A DNA stretch of 64,000 nt from an uncultured Candidatus Saccharibacteria bacterium (GTDB lineage Bacteria; Patescibacteriota; Saccharimonadia; Saccharimonadales; CAIOMD01). The stretch covers positions 15,856-79,855 of the forward strand of contig CAZMHM010000003.1 in NCBI GenBank assembly GCA_964566135.1, given 5' to 3'. How positions within the stretch are numbered: position 1 is the first letter of the stretch; each line of letters opens with the position of its first letter. Both the position numbers and the translations under genes were made by a program. This document shows positions 41,183 through 51,900 of this stretch, piece by piece. The notes beneath the pieces are model-generated. The model was not told the origin of the DNA. It saw only the letters and a list, made by a program, of their open reading frames with translations, and did not search any database.

Positions 41183-44077
41183 ATGAAGTTCCAAAAAGGC
41201 ACACGACGACGAGCAAACGAATACGAAAAAGCCCTTATTGAATACTGGCAAAAAAACGATACGTTTAATAAGTCTGTCGAAGCACGCCCAACAGATAATG
41301 CGTTTGTGTTTTATGATGGCCCTCCGTTCTTAACCGGAACACCTCACCATGGCCATCTTCTTATCTCGAGTGTTAAAGACGCAGTAGCGCGTTTTTGGAC
41401 GATGCAAGGTAAGCGTGTCGAACGTCGTTGGGGATGGGATTGTCACGGTTTGCCTGCAGAATTATTTGTCGAAAAAAGCCTTGGTATAGCCAATAAAAAA
41501 GAGATTGGCGTTAAGATATCTATCCCAGATTATGTAAATGCATGCCGTGCCGCAATGGTAAAAACAGGCACCGAATGGGAAGACACTGTTGACCGTATTG
41601 GCCGTTGGGTTGACTTTAAAGGTGCCTATAAAACCATGGACAACGAGTTTATGGAAAGTGTTTGGTGGGCATTCAAAGAGCTATATGAAAAGGGCAAGAT
41701 TTACGAGGGCGAGAAGATTTTGGTGTATTGTACGCAAGATGCAACGCCAATTTCTAAGTCTGAAGTTGCCATGGAAAATAGCTACCAAAAAGACACAGAC
41801 CCGAGTGTGTACGTCTATTTTGAACTCGAAGGTTCAGATGAATCAGTACTTGCCTGGACAACAACACCGTGGACGCTACCAGCTAATGTTGCAGTTGCCG
41901 TCAATCCAAAACTAAGCTACTTGCTTGTCGAGTTCAACGGCAAAAAGATGTATGTTGCCGAGGCTGCAGCCGAGAAGGTATTTACTGACGAGAAGCATCA
42001 AGCACTGCCATTTACAGTTATAAAAAAAGTAAAAGGTACGACGCTTGTCGGTAAAAAATACCATCCGTTATTTGAAAATCGTGGCCCGTCGGCGCATGTT
42101 ATTTTGGCTGCGGACTTTGTCACCGCAGACGACGGTACTGGTATTGTGCACGAAGCTCCAGCTTACGGTGAAGAAGACTACGAACTATGCAAAGCCAATA
42201 ATATTCCTATCATTTCGATTGTTGATGAAGACGGCAATTATACCGAAGGCCCTTGGCTCGAAAAGAACATCTGGGATGTTAATAAAGAGATAGCCAAGAC
42301 GCTCGTTGCCGAAGGCAAGGCGCTTAAAGTCGAATATATTGTGCACGATTATCCGCACTGTCATCGCTGTGGCTCTAAGCTCATGTACCGCGCGCATCCA
42401 AGTTGGTTTATGGACATACAGGGTCAGAAGACCGAGATGCAAGCCGCTAACGCACAAACAAGTTGGATTCCAAAGGCACTCCAAACAGGCCGCTTTGCCA
42501 ATATCATTGAGACAGCGCCAGATTGGAACCTATCGCGTGATCGTTATTGGGCAACGCCGATACCGGTTTGGTCCGGTACACGCCCTGATGGCACGCAGGT
42601 AGTTAAGGTTATCGGCTCGTATGATGAGTTTAAGCAGCTAACGGGCAAGACGCTCGATGATTATCACCTACCAAACGTAATGGATATTACGTTTGAGGTA
42701 GATGGGGTAGTCGTAAAACATATTGGTAAGGTACTCGATTGTTGGTTTGAAAGTGGTAGTATGCCGTTTGCTCAGTTCCACTATCCATTCGAAAACAAAC
42801 AAAAGTTCGAACAAAGCTTCCCGGCAGACTTTATTGTTGAGGCTATCGATCAAACTCGTGGTTGGTTCTATTCGCTTACGGCGGTCAATGTTGGCCTGTT
42901 TGGTCAATCGCCATTCAAAAACCTCATCTGTACTGGGTTTATTAACGCAGCTGATGGCAAAAAAATGAGTAAAAAACTTAAAAACTATACCGATCCAATA
43001 GAGCTTATGGACAAATATAGCGCTGATAGCTTCCGCTTATTGCTGCTTAATTCTCCGCTCCTTAACGGGGAAGACTTTGCCTTAAACGACAAAGATGTTG
43101 CCGATGTAGCACGCAAGCTGAGTATGATTTGGAACATGTACGACTTCTTTACACTGTATGCCGAAGTTGATAAATGGGAATGGAAGGGTGGCTTGCCCGC
43201 AGACCCATCACGCGAGCTGACTAATCCGCTTGATATTTGGGTTGTATCACGTGTGCACCAGCTTGTTAAAGAGGTAGGCGATAAGACAGCGACATACAAT
43301 CTACCAGAGGCAACACGCCCAATTTTGCCGTTTATCGATGATGCTAGTAACTGGTTTGTGCGCCGCAGCCGCAAGCGATTCTGGAAGAGTGATAACGATG
43401 GTGACAAACAAGATGCCTACAAGACACTACACTACGTCCTGGTGCAGCTTTCACTCGTATTGGCACCATTTACACCATTCTTGGCCGAAGAGCTGTACCA
43501 GAAGCTTACAGGCGGTGAATCAGTCCACTTAGAAGATTGGCCAAAAGCTGGCGCCATTAATGAAGAAGTCGTATCTGATATGGAACGCACACGTAAGATT
43601 GTCGAGAGTGGCCTTGGCCTGCGCATGTTTAAGAGCGATACCGAAGAGTCCGTAAAGATTCGCCAGCCCCTACAGTCCCTTTCATACACTAGCAAGCAAC
43701 TATCTGCGGATTTAGAGGATATTATCGCCGAAGAGGTTAATGTTAAAGAGGTTTTGCATGCTCATCCAGAGGACGAAAACTTCAAAGTATCTATTAATAA
43801 AACCTTAACGCCGGAATTAAAGCGCGAGGGCATGATGCGCGATGTCGTGCGCCTAGTACAGAGCAGCCGCAAAGAGGCAGGCTTAAATGTTGATGATCAT
43901 ATTGTATTAAGCCTTGAAACAACAGATACAGAGCTCGCAAAAGCCATTGCCGAGCATCAAGCAACTATAGAGGCAGAAACGCTTGCTTCATACGGTACGC
44001 CAGCTTCAAAAGCAGCATACGTTGCGTCGGCAACGCTAGATGGCCTCGAGCTAAACATTACGCTAGAGCGAAAATAG
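41183..44077 (+). CDS. ileS: Isoleucyl-tRNA synthetase
   Basis: Class I signatures HHGH (PHHGHLL) and KMSKKLKN (KMSKS), a CP1 editing insertion, a WATPIP block, and the anticodon-binding C-terminus; 964 aa. Confidence 0.97.
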   Translation: MKFQKGTRRRANEYEKALIEYWQKNDTFNKSVEARPTDNAFVFYDGPPFLTGTPHHGHLLISSVKDAVARFWTMQGKRVERRWGWDCHGLPAELFVEKSLGIANKKEIGVKISIPDYVNACRAAMVKTGTEWEDTVDRIGRWVDFKGAYKTMDNEFMESVWWAFKELYEKGKIYEGEKILVYCTQDATPISKSEVAMENSYQKDTDPSVYVYFELEGSDESVLAWTTTPWTLPANVAVAVNPKLSYLLVEFNGKKMYVAEAAAEKVFTDEKHQALPFTVIKKVKGTTLVGKKYHPLFENRGPSAHVILAADFVTADDGTGIVHEAPAYGEEDYELCKANNIPIISIVDEDGNYTEGPWLEKNIWDVNKEIAKTLVAEGKALKVEYIVHDYPHCHRCGSKLMYRAHPSWFMDIQGQKTEMQAANAQTSWIPKALQTGRFANIIETAPDWNLSRDRYWATPIPVWSGTRPDGTQVVKVIGSYDEFKQLTGKTLDDYHLPNVMDITFEVDGVVVKHIGKVLDCWFESGSMPFAQFHYPFENKQKFEQSFPADFIVEAIDQTRGWFYSLTAVNVGLFGQSPFKNLICTGFINAADGKKMSKKLKNYTDPIELMDKYSADSFRLLLLNSPLLNGEDFALNDKDVADVARKLSMIWNMYDFFTLYAEVDKWEWKGGLPADPSRELTNPLDIWVVSRVHQLVKEVGDKTATYNLPEATRPILPFIDDASNWFVRRSRKRFWKSDNDGDKQDAYKTLHYVLVQLSLVLAPFTPFLAEELYQKLTGGESVHLEDWPKAGAINEEVVSDMERTRKIVESGLGLRMFKSDTEESVKIRQPLQSLSYTSKQLSADLEDIIAEEVNVKEVLHAHPEDENFKVSINKTLTPELKREGMMRDVVRLVQSSRKEAGLNVDDHIVLSLETTDTELAKAIAEHQATIEAETLASYGTPASKAAYVASATLDGLELNITLERK

Positions 44078-44155
44078 GCTCTAACACTTTACGGACAGCG
44101 GTTAATCTGTTATTATGTTCGTTGACTGTTTTTATAAATTGTAAGGAATAAACCC

Positions 44156-44461
44156 GTGAAGAAAGCTGTAATCGCAACCGGTGGCAAGCAATACATCGTC
44201 TCAGAAGGCGATATTATTGAAGTTGAGCTACTAGAAGCAGAAAAAACTGTAGAATTTGAACCATTAATGGTTATCGATGGCGATAAGACCACTGTTGGTA
44301 CCCCAGCCGTTAAAGGTGCTAAAGTAACCGCAGAGGTAGTTGAGCAGAATGTTAAGGCCGATAAGGTTATGGCAATCCGCTACAAAGCAAAGAAGCGCGT
44401 CCACAAAGTTCGTGGTCATCGCCAACAGCACACGCAAATTAAGATTTCGAAAATCGCCTAA
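44156..44461 (+). CDS. rplU: 50S ribosomal protein L21
   Basis: (V)KKAVIATGGKQYIVSEGDIIEVE...KVMAIRYKAKKRVHKVRGHRQQHTQIKI is a typical L21; GTG start with a TAAGGA RBS. Confidence 0.93.
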   Translation: MKKAVIATGGKQYIVSEGDIIEVELLEAEKTVEFEPLMVIDGDKTTVGTPAVKGAKVTAEVVEQNVKADKVMAIRYKAKKRVHKVRGHRQQHTQIKISKIA

Positions 44462-44488
44462 TACGCACTAATCGAACTTAAAAACACG

Positions 44489-44520
44489 ATATCCCCAAAC
44501 AAAATTTGGGGATATTTTTT
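44489..44520 (+). terminator. Rho-independent terminator after rplU
   Basis: ATATCCCCAAA-caaaa-TTTGGGGATAT followed by a T-run. Confidence 0.8.
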
Positions 44521-44542
44521 ATTTTTATACACATAAAAACAG

Positions 44543-44572
44543 TGGACATCTTGCAAATAACAGGGGTAAATA
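44543..44572 (+). promoter_or_regulatory. Putative promoter of a short non-coding transcription unit
   Basis: TGGACA - 18 nt - TAAATA. The spacer contains CAAATAACAGGGGTA, identical to the 15-mer at 40946-40960. Confidence 0.45.
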
Positions 44573-44578
44573 GGCTGT

Positions 44579-44787
44579 GGAAAATGAGTACATATTTTGT
44601 GCAAAAACTATTGCATTAGTTTGCCAAATAGAACATACTAAAAGTACAAAAATAAACACAAGAGGTACGTGCAAAAAGGGTATGAAGAACTAGAAAGCCT
44701 TCTCATCGTAAGCTATTAGATCTCGCAGGCTAAGAGCTTACAAATACTCGCACTACCAGGAAAGCGCCCCCAACCGGGCGCTTTTTT
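44579..44787 (+). ncRNA. Candidate ~210-nt small RNA (promoter-to-terminator unit with no credible ORF)
   Basis: Bounded by the promoter-like site above and the terminator at 44761-44787. It contains the internal hairpin GTAAGCTaTTAG-atctcgcagg-CTAAgAGCTTAC (44719-44752). The only ORF is 16 codons and its SD is too close to the start. Confidence 0.3.
44761..44787 (+). terminator. Rho-independent terminator
   Basis: aaaGCGCCC-ccaacc-GGGCGCtttttt. Confidence 0.7.
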
Positions 44788-44839
44788 ATTACTCACTTCT
44801 TAGAATCATCTCTGCAATGCTGCAAATAATACTTCCTTT

Positions 44840-45290
44840 ATTACTTTTGGCAGCAAAAGTAATGCCAAACTGCTGGGCGCAAATCAAAAGACTCTTATCT
44901 GATAGTAATAATCAAAAAGCGCAAAAAGAACTCGCTACGCTCGGCTTCGCCTAATTTTATAGGAAGGCTCGGCTGACTTTTTGCCTTGGCCTTGTAATTA
45001 GTTACATCATCTAAATCAGCATTTGATTTGATGCCCAGACACATTAATTACAAGTTCTATGTGATTATTGGGGCCCGGGGCATCGGCTTGCTACAAGGTG
45101 TGATATAGCAAAAAGTAAGGAGTAACTACCGAGGACCAGTCCCAACACTTCCAAATAAGTATTGTAGGGGCCGACCAAAGGGGGTTCCGCAGGTACCGAA
45201 GCTTTTAGGTATAGCGCACATCTGCTAGTAAACACAGCCCCGGCAGGTTTACCCAACTTTGCTGCCCAAAGTTGGAAGAGTGCTTTAAGA
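44840..45290 (+). repeat. Structured intergenic repeat family, copy 3
   Basis: Hairpin 44840-44863 (ATTACTTTTG-gcag-CAAAAGTAAT). Long inverted repeat 44873-45038. The 3' module is colinear with copy 2 and conserves its stems (GTCCCAACA/TGTAGGGGC with a U-A to U-G change; CCAACTTTG/CAAAGTTGG; CCGGGGC/GCCCCGG). Confidence 0.7.
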
Positions 45291-45705
45291 AAGCACGTAA
45301 GCTAACAAGTTTGGGAAATAGGCGTATGTCATTTAGCTAGAAAAAGTGCGGTTCTATTATTCATAGTGCGCAAGGTCAACACTGAATAACTACGATATTG
45401 GTAATATTTGTACCCAACAAAAGCACAATTTATGGCTATATTTTATGCTAAATTTTGTTGTAAAAATGCGGTTTAAAAGCACTGAAAATAACTTACTACT
45501 GCTAACTATAAGGCACTATTTGCTGTGGAAAACTTACTCATGAAAAAATCAATCGTTATATAAAATACATCAAAAAAATTTTGAGAATTTTTAAAATGGG
45601 AACTACTATAACACCAGTAGTGATATTAAATTCACAACAATAATTATGCTGCAAAAATCGAAAAATCTACAGATTTACACCTCAGTATTTTAGTTAGATA
45701 GACTA

Positions 45706-45736
45706 TTGTAATAACAGTGGTTACAAGAGATACTAA
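45706..45736 (+). promoter_or_regulatory. Putative promoter of giant gene C
   Basis: TTGTAA - 19 nt - TACTAA, ending ~6 nt before the conserved leader. The spacer begins TAACAGTGGT, related to the TAACAGGGGT motif. The long spacer lowers confidence. Confidence 0.4.
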
Positions 45737-45740
45737 GGCT

Positions 45741-45962
45741 AGTTTGTCAAAACGAACATTCAAAGAGCAAACAAAGACGTTAAAAACAAAACAAGATCGT
45801 CCGCAGCAGGTTCATCGTCATGTCCGCAACTGGCTATAAACTTGACTAGGTCTTGAACAAACAAATCGCACAAACAAAATGCGAATTGAAATAACAACAA
45901 AAATGCTCGGCTCGTAAACAACAAGACAAACCGCACAAACTAAAACAAAGGCACAATTCGCA
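45741..45962 (+). promoter_or_regulatory. Conserved ~222-nt 5' leader of giant gene C (paralogous to 12741-12965)
   Basis: The first ~85 nt are near-identical to the B leader. It shares the blocks ATGCTCGGCTCGTAAA and ACAAGACAAACCGCA..AAAACAAAGG and the same GTG start context (GTGAGTAGACTGTTCCGCACCAGTCC). Confidence 0.6.
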
Positions 45963-48900
45963 GTGAGTAGACTGTTCCGCACCAGTCCTGTTCTTCATTG
46001 CACCCACGGTACCACTAAAAAGACAGTGGTAAGGGTGCTTTTTGTCGTGCTAAGCCTTAGTTTGTTAGCTACAAGTATTATTCCTATACGCGGGGGTGAG
46101 CGTGCACATGCAGCAAGCAATAACACCCTGAACTTCCAAGCTCGCATCCTCCAGACTAACGGTGCAGTTGTGCCCGATGGTAGCTACAACGTTCGGTTTA
46201 AGATTTACTCTGGTGGTACCAGTGGTGGCCCAGGCGGCATTGGTGCTGCGAACGCTGGTAGCTTGCTGTGGACTGAAACATGGCAGAACTCCAATAGCCA
46301 AGGTATTGATACCAAGAACGGCTACATTAGTGCAGCCCTTGGTAGCATTACGGCGTTCAGTGGCATTAACTGGGATCAAGAACTTTGGATAACCATGGAT
46401 ATCGGTGGCACGAGTGCTGGCGCCAGCCCAACTTACGATGGCGAAATGTTACAAACCGGCAACAAGCGCATGAAGGTTACTGGCGTACCGTATGCAATTG
46501 CTGCCGGCAGGCTTCAAACAACCGATGCAGCGGGTACAAACACAAGTTCGCTTTCGATTGCTGCACCTACTGGCGGTAGCCAAGTATTCCAACTTCAGGA
46601 TCAAACCGCTGCAGGCACATACAACCTTGCGTTGCTTAATGGCAATGGCACGCAGACATTCACGGGATTGAACACATTTAGTGCAGCAGGTACCGCATTG
46701 ACGGTAACGAACAATGCAAGCATCGGCGGCACGCTAGGCGTCACCGGCTTAACGACAGCAACAGGTGGTTTAACGACTGGCACTGGCAGTACGCTGACCG
46801 TTGGTGGTGCAACACTCAACAACACGTTAGCGATTGGTAACCTCAATTACACCGGTACTGGCAATACGGGTTCGATTGGTTCTGCTGCAAGTACGGTAGA
46901 CATCTATACCAACATAACGATTGCACAGACAACTGCTGGCCAAACGCTAACAATTCCTGCACCAACAACTTCAACATCTGGCCGTGTTATTTATATAACC
47001 AACATTGGTAGTGCTGGCTATACTATGGCAGGTGCGGTTGTTAGTCCGGGCGTAACAATGCAGTTCGTTTGGAACAATACTACTTCGAGTTGGTCACTTG
47101 TTACGAGTGGTGTGAGTGGTAGCTATATCCAAAACGGTACTGCCGTACAGACTGCTAACTTTAATATTCAAAGCAATAGTACGACAGATGTTTCGGCTAT
47201 CGTACAAGGTGCAAATAGTCAAAGTGCCGACATTCTACAAGTTAAAGCGGCAAGCATTAGCAGCCCACTATTTAGCGTAAGTGCAACGGGTAATACGACT
47301 GTTCAGCCGAGTGTTGATAGTTCCACTGCATTTGTTGTTAAGAACGCCGCAGGCAGCACAAGCTTGTTCGTTGCCGATACCTCTACGGGAACGGTTTCTG
47401 TCAACGGTAAGTTCATAACAAGTGGTGGTCAAGTTAATATTAACAGTGCCGGTGCAGGGAACACATACATTGGTAACACCGGCTATGCAACTCAACTTAC
47501 TGGTGGGGTTACTTTAACGACTAGTGGATCGGCTAACTTTATAGATATCACCGACGGCACCAACAACTATTTCAGGTTTAATGGCACAAATAGCTCAGTA
47601 TCTGTTGGCAACAGTGCTGTCGCAACATCGGCAACAAATATTAATGCTGGCTCCACGGGCCTCATTAATCTAAACCAGTCAACCACCATTAGTGGTGATC
47701 TTACATTTGTAGTAGGTGCGACAAGAACCATTAGTGTTGCAAACCAAACTGTAAATAACACTGCAGGTAATGGGCTAGTAGTTCGATCTGCTGCTGGTCT
47801 CGGTTCTGGCAGCGGTGGTCAACTAAACGTAGTCGCTGGTGATGGTGGTGCGACTGGCGCAGGTGGCGCAGTCTTTGTTACCGCAGGTAGTAGCGGTTCA
47901 TCTGGCACTGCAGCTGGTGGTCAGCTCAATTTGGCCGGTGGCGCAAGCTTTAATGGTACTGGCGCAGGTGGCGCAGTTAATATTGTTGGCGGCGGCAATT
48001 CTACGACTGGTAGCGGCGGCAATATCAATATCACAGGCGGTGGTACTGATACTGGTGCTGGCGGAAGTGTGTATCTTGACCCAGGACAAGCAGGCAGTGC
48101 ATTTAATCCCGGTAACATATATATAGGAACAATGTCTGGTGGTGGCACTATTAATATAGGAAACACGTCAGACAGTATGGGCGTGAACATTCTGAACGCC
48201 GGTACTCTAAATATAGGCACAGGCAATGTCGGGTCAACCGTCAACCTTGGGACAGGCAATGGTCTAAAGGCAGTTACTATTGGCTCGACAAATACCACTA
48301 GTGGCACAACTATTCTTGCCGGTAGCGGTAACATTAATCTTAATGCTGCAACGATCGCCACTAATCAAACGAGCATCAACCTTCTTAATACCACTGCAAC
48401 AACCGTAAATGCTTTTGGTGCTGCAACTGCCTTAAATATTGGCGCTGGTAGTGGTACAACAACAATCAATAATGGTTTAACTGTATCTGGCGCAACGCTA
48501 CTAAATGGCAACAGCACCATCGGTAACGCCAGTACTGATCGCTTAACTGTAACCAGCCAAATCCTTGGCGGCTCACCACTGGTATTCCAGGGCGCTACCG
48601 ACGATGGCTTTACAACTACCTTTGATGTAACTGATCCAACAGCAAACAATACTATTATATTCCCGAACGCATCTGGCACTGTATTGCTTGCCGCTACAGG
48701 TTCAGGAAATGCGATAGTCCAAGTGCCCACAGCGGCAGGCGTTAACGTTATCACCCCAACCGCAGCAAGCGTTATTGGTCTTACGGTTAACGGTACAATT
48801 GGTACTGCTGCAACTGCACTTGCTATAAGCCAACCGGGTGCGGCAGCAGGCGTTACTATTGCTAGCGCTAACAATACCGCAACAAACGGCCTCAGCTTTA

Positions 48901-51900
48901 GCGGGACGTTTACTAACCTTATTAATGCAACAAACTTCAGCGTTACCAATGCCGGCGCGATTACAGCGGCAAGCACCTATAACACTAATACCTTTACTGG
49001 TTCAGCACTTACATTTGGATCAGCGGCAACGGCAACGGTACAAAGTGCTGCATCTCAGGCTTTAAATATAACCGGTCACGCCAACAGTGTATTTTCAACA
49101 GACGCTGGTACGCTTACGCTACAGGGTGTTACGGGCACTACATTAACCACTGCCGCAGGGGGTACCTCTACGAATGTAACCATAAAGAGTGGTGATGCTT
49201 CTGCTGGCGTATCGGGTAATGTTGAAATAGATACTGGTACCCATACAAGTGGCTCGCCATCTGTTAAGATTGGCACAAACGCGCAGACGTCAGCAGTGTT
49301 CGTTGGTAACACGACTGGGACAAATACAACCACAATTAACGGTGGGGTTAATGGAACGACGCCTACCATTTCTTTGCAAGCTGCAACTAGCGGTTATATT
49401 GCAGTGGGTACGGCGAATGCTAATACAATTCAGATTGGTGCAGTTGGTGCGTCAGCGTTTACAAGTACTGTGACAATAGGTACTAGCACTGGCGCTGCAC
49501 AAAATGTAACCATAGGCTCCAATGCTAACTTTAATAGTGCAACAATCATACAAGGTGGTAACAGTAATACGGCTGGTAGTGAGGCAATCCGATTAGTACC
49601 ACAGACTACCGGTGGTATCGCAATCGGTGCCACAGCAGGCACGGGCACTATCACACTTGGCCAGTCAACGGCGTCCAATACGATAGCAATTGGTAATGCA
49701 GTTGGTGCAGGTAATACGCAAACTATTGGTATCGGTACTAGCACAACAGGGACAACAGCTCTAACAGTTGGCTCTAATACCACTACGAGCACCATTAGTC
49801 TACAGTCTGGCAACATCACGCTTGGAAATACTACTAATCGCGGTACGGTCACCAATAATGGCGGTACGTTTATGGCGACCCTTACTGTTAATGACGACAG
49901 TAATGGTGGTGCACTTGGTGGCACGCCTGCGGGTGGCCTTACCGCTGCGCAATCAGTAGACAGCTACACATCAATTGGTATCAATCAAACCACGGCTGGT
50001 CAGGCCATTACGCTACCGAACTCTGCTTCAACAATCGGTCGCGTGCTATATGTCACCAACACAGGTACGACTAGCTTTACTATCAACGGCACCACGTTTA
50101 CTACCGGTTCAACAGCAACAATGTTCTGGACGGGTAGCGCTTGGACATTTGCAGGTATGGATGGCGGCAGCAGCAACTACATCCAAAACCAGACTGCTAC
50201 GGATCAAGCGGCAAGCTTCAAGATTAGCGGTACTGCAACTATCAAGACAACCAATGCAAATGCCTTCCAGGTACAAAGCGCTTCAGGAACCGATACTATG
50301 CTTAATATCGATACCACTACTGGCAATGCAATAAAGGTCGGCAACAATACTGGCACCGGAACCGCAACGACTATATTCGTACTTGATAGCGCTACGACTT
50401 CGGCGGGCTTACCTACGACAGTTGGTGCAATGTACTACGATACAACAGCCGGCCGTATTCAATGTTACGAGGGTACTAGTTGGGGCAACTGTGGCAACAC
50501 AACACTGCAAGAGGCATATGATAGTAGCTCAAACGGGGCCACTACTCCAGAAATTAAGGTAACAAGTACCAATAGCCATAACGGACTAGATGTACAAGAT
50601 GCTGACACGACGCTTGGTGCTACTGCTGGCTTGTTTAACGTACGCGCATCATCAGTAGGCGCTCTCGGTGCGTCACTCTTTACGGTACAGGGCAACGGCC
50701 GTGTTGGTATCAATAATGGCTCAACTAGTACTACCCCAGCCGTAAGTTATGACTTAAGCTTTGGCCAAATCGCAGGCGCAACTACGGCTCGCACAATTGG
50801 TGTCGAGACCCAAGCAACAGCAGCAACAGGCGGTAACGGCTTAACGGTTAGCGCTGGTACTGGTAACACAACTGGCGTTGGTGGTACATTATCACTCCAG
50901 GGTGGTAACGGCGGTAACGCAGCCGCCGGCGGGGCAGTATTCTTAACCGGTGGCGCAGCCGGCGGTGGTAATACTAACGGTGGTAGCGTTACTATTGCCG
51001 GTGGTGCCGCAGCCGGTAGCGGTGTACAGGGAGTCGTTAATTTATCAACTACAGCATTCACCGCAGCCGGCACAGTATCATTTGCAGCGAACAACACACT
51101 CAATACACTCCTCACTAATGCAACGAACTTATATAGCACGGTGCCTGTTAACGCGACCGCATCCGGCCTTACGCTTACTGTAGACTTACCAACAATCACT
51201 ACTGTTGGCCGTATCTTATATATTACTGCCGTCAATGGTTCTAACGACTTTGCGCTCTTACTCGCCGGCACATCAGTCAACATTTCGATGAAAGCAAACA
51301 GCACCGCTACTCTTATATATAACGGTACCGGTTGGACGGCTGCCGGTGCATCAAGCTCAACAACCTTACAAGCTGCGTACGACAACACCCTTATCAGTGC
51401 CGGTGGTGCCGAACTACTACTTAACAACAGTACTGCCGGTGGTGATGGTCTTACTATTCGCAACAATACTGGCGTAAAGACCATCACAGGTGCGCTATTA
51501 GAAGTCCAAACTAACGTTGGTAGCAATCTCTTTAGTGTTAACAATAACGCTACAGAATATGCAAATAACGGTGGCGCCGAAAGTGCAACCTTTACGATGT
51601 GGCCAACCGCACCTAATGGTGGCACAACAGCTACTGTCACGCGTGATACTACAACGTTCGCAACCGGTATTGCATCAACAAAGGTGGTAACAACCGGTAC
51701 GGCTACAGCTAACCAGGGTGTTGCCAATACACTTTCCGCAACACTTAGTGCTAACTTACAGTACGCGGTATCGTTTACGGTAAAGAGTGGCACAGCAAAC
51801 AGCTTTAGTACCCTCGATGTAGTTTATTCACGCGATGGCACAAATGCTTCTACGGTTAGCTGTACTACAGGTCGAACCGTTACCGCATCAGCATGGACAC

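Noticed and set aside
44669-44719. A 16-codon micro-ORF (MQKGYEELESLLIVSY) in the sRNA candidate.
   Set aside because: The SD-like AGAGGT is only ~2 nt from the GTG, which is too close. There is no support for it. It is kept only as a caveat to the sRNA call.
50747-51793. Long antisense ORFs inside the giant genes. Examples: 50747-51793 (348 aa), 48365-48976, 13811-14476, 287-1084, 49430-49924, and 16571-16963 on the minus strand; also same-strand off-frame ORFs.
   Set aside because: All lie entirely within much longer, homology-supported plus-strand ORFs. Their translations are P/V/A/L low-complexity mirror images of GGT/ACT/GCA-rich codons, and they have no RBS or independent conservation. 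They are shadow ORFs.
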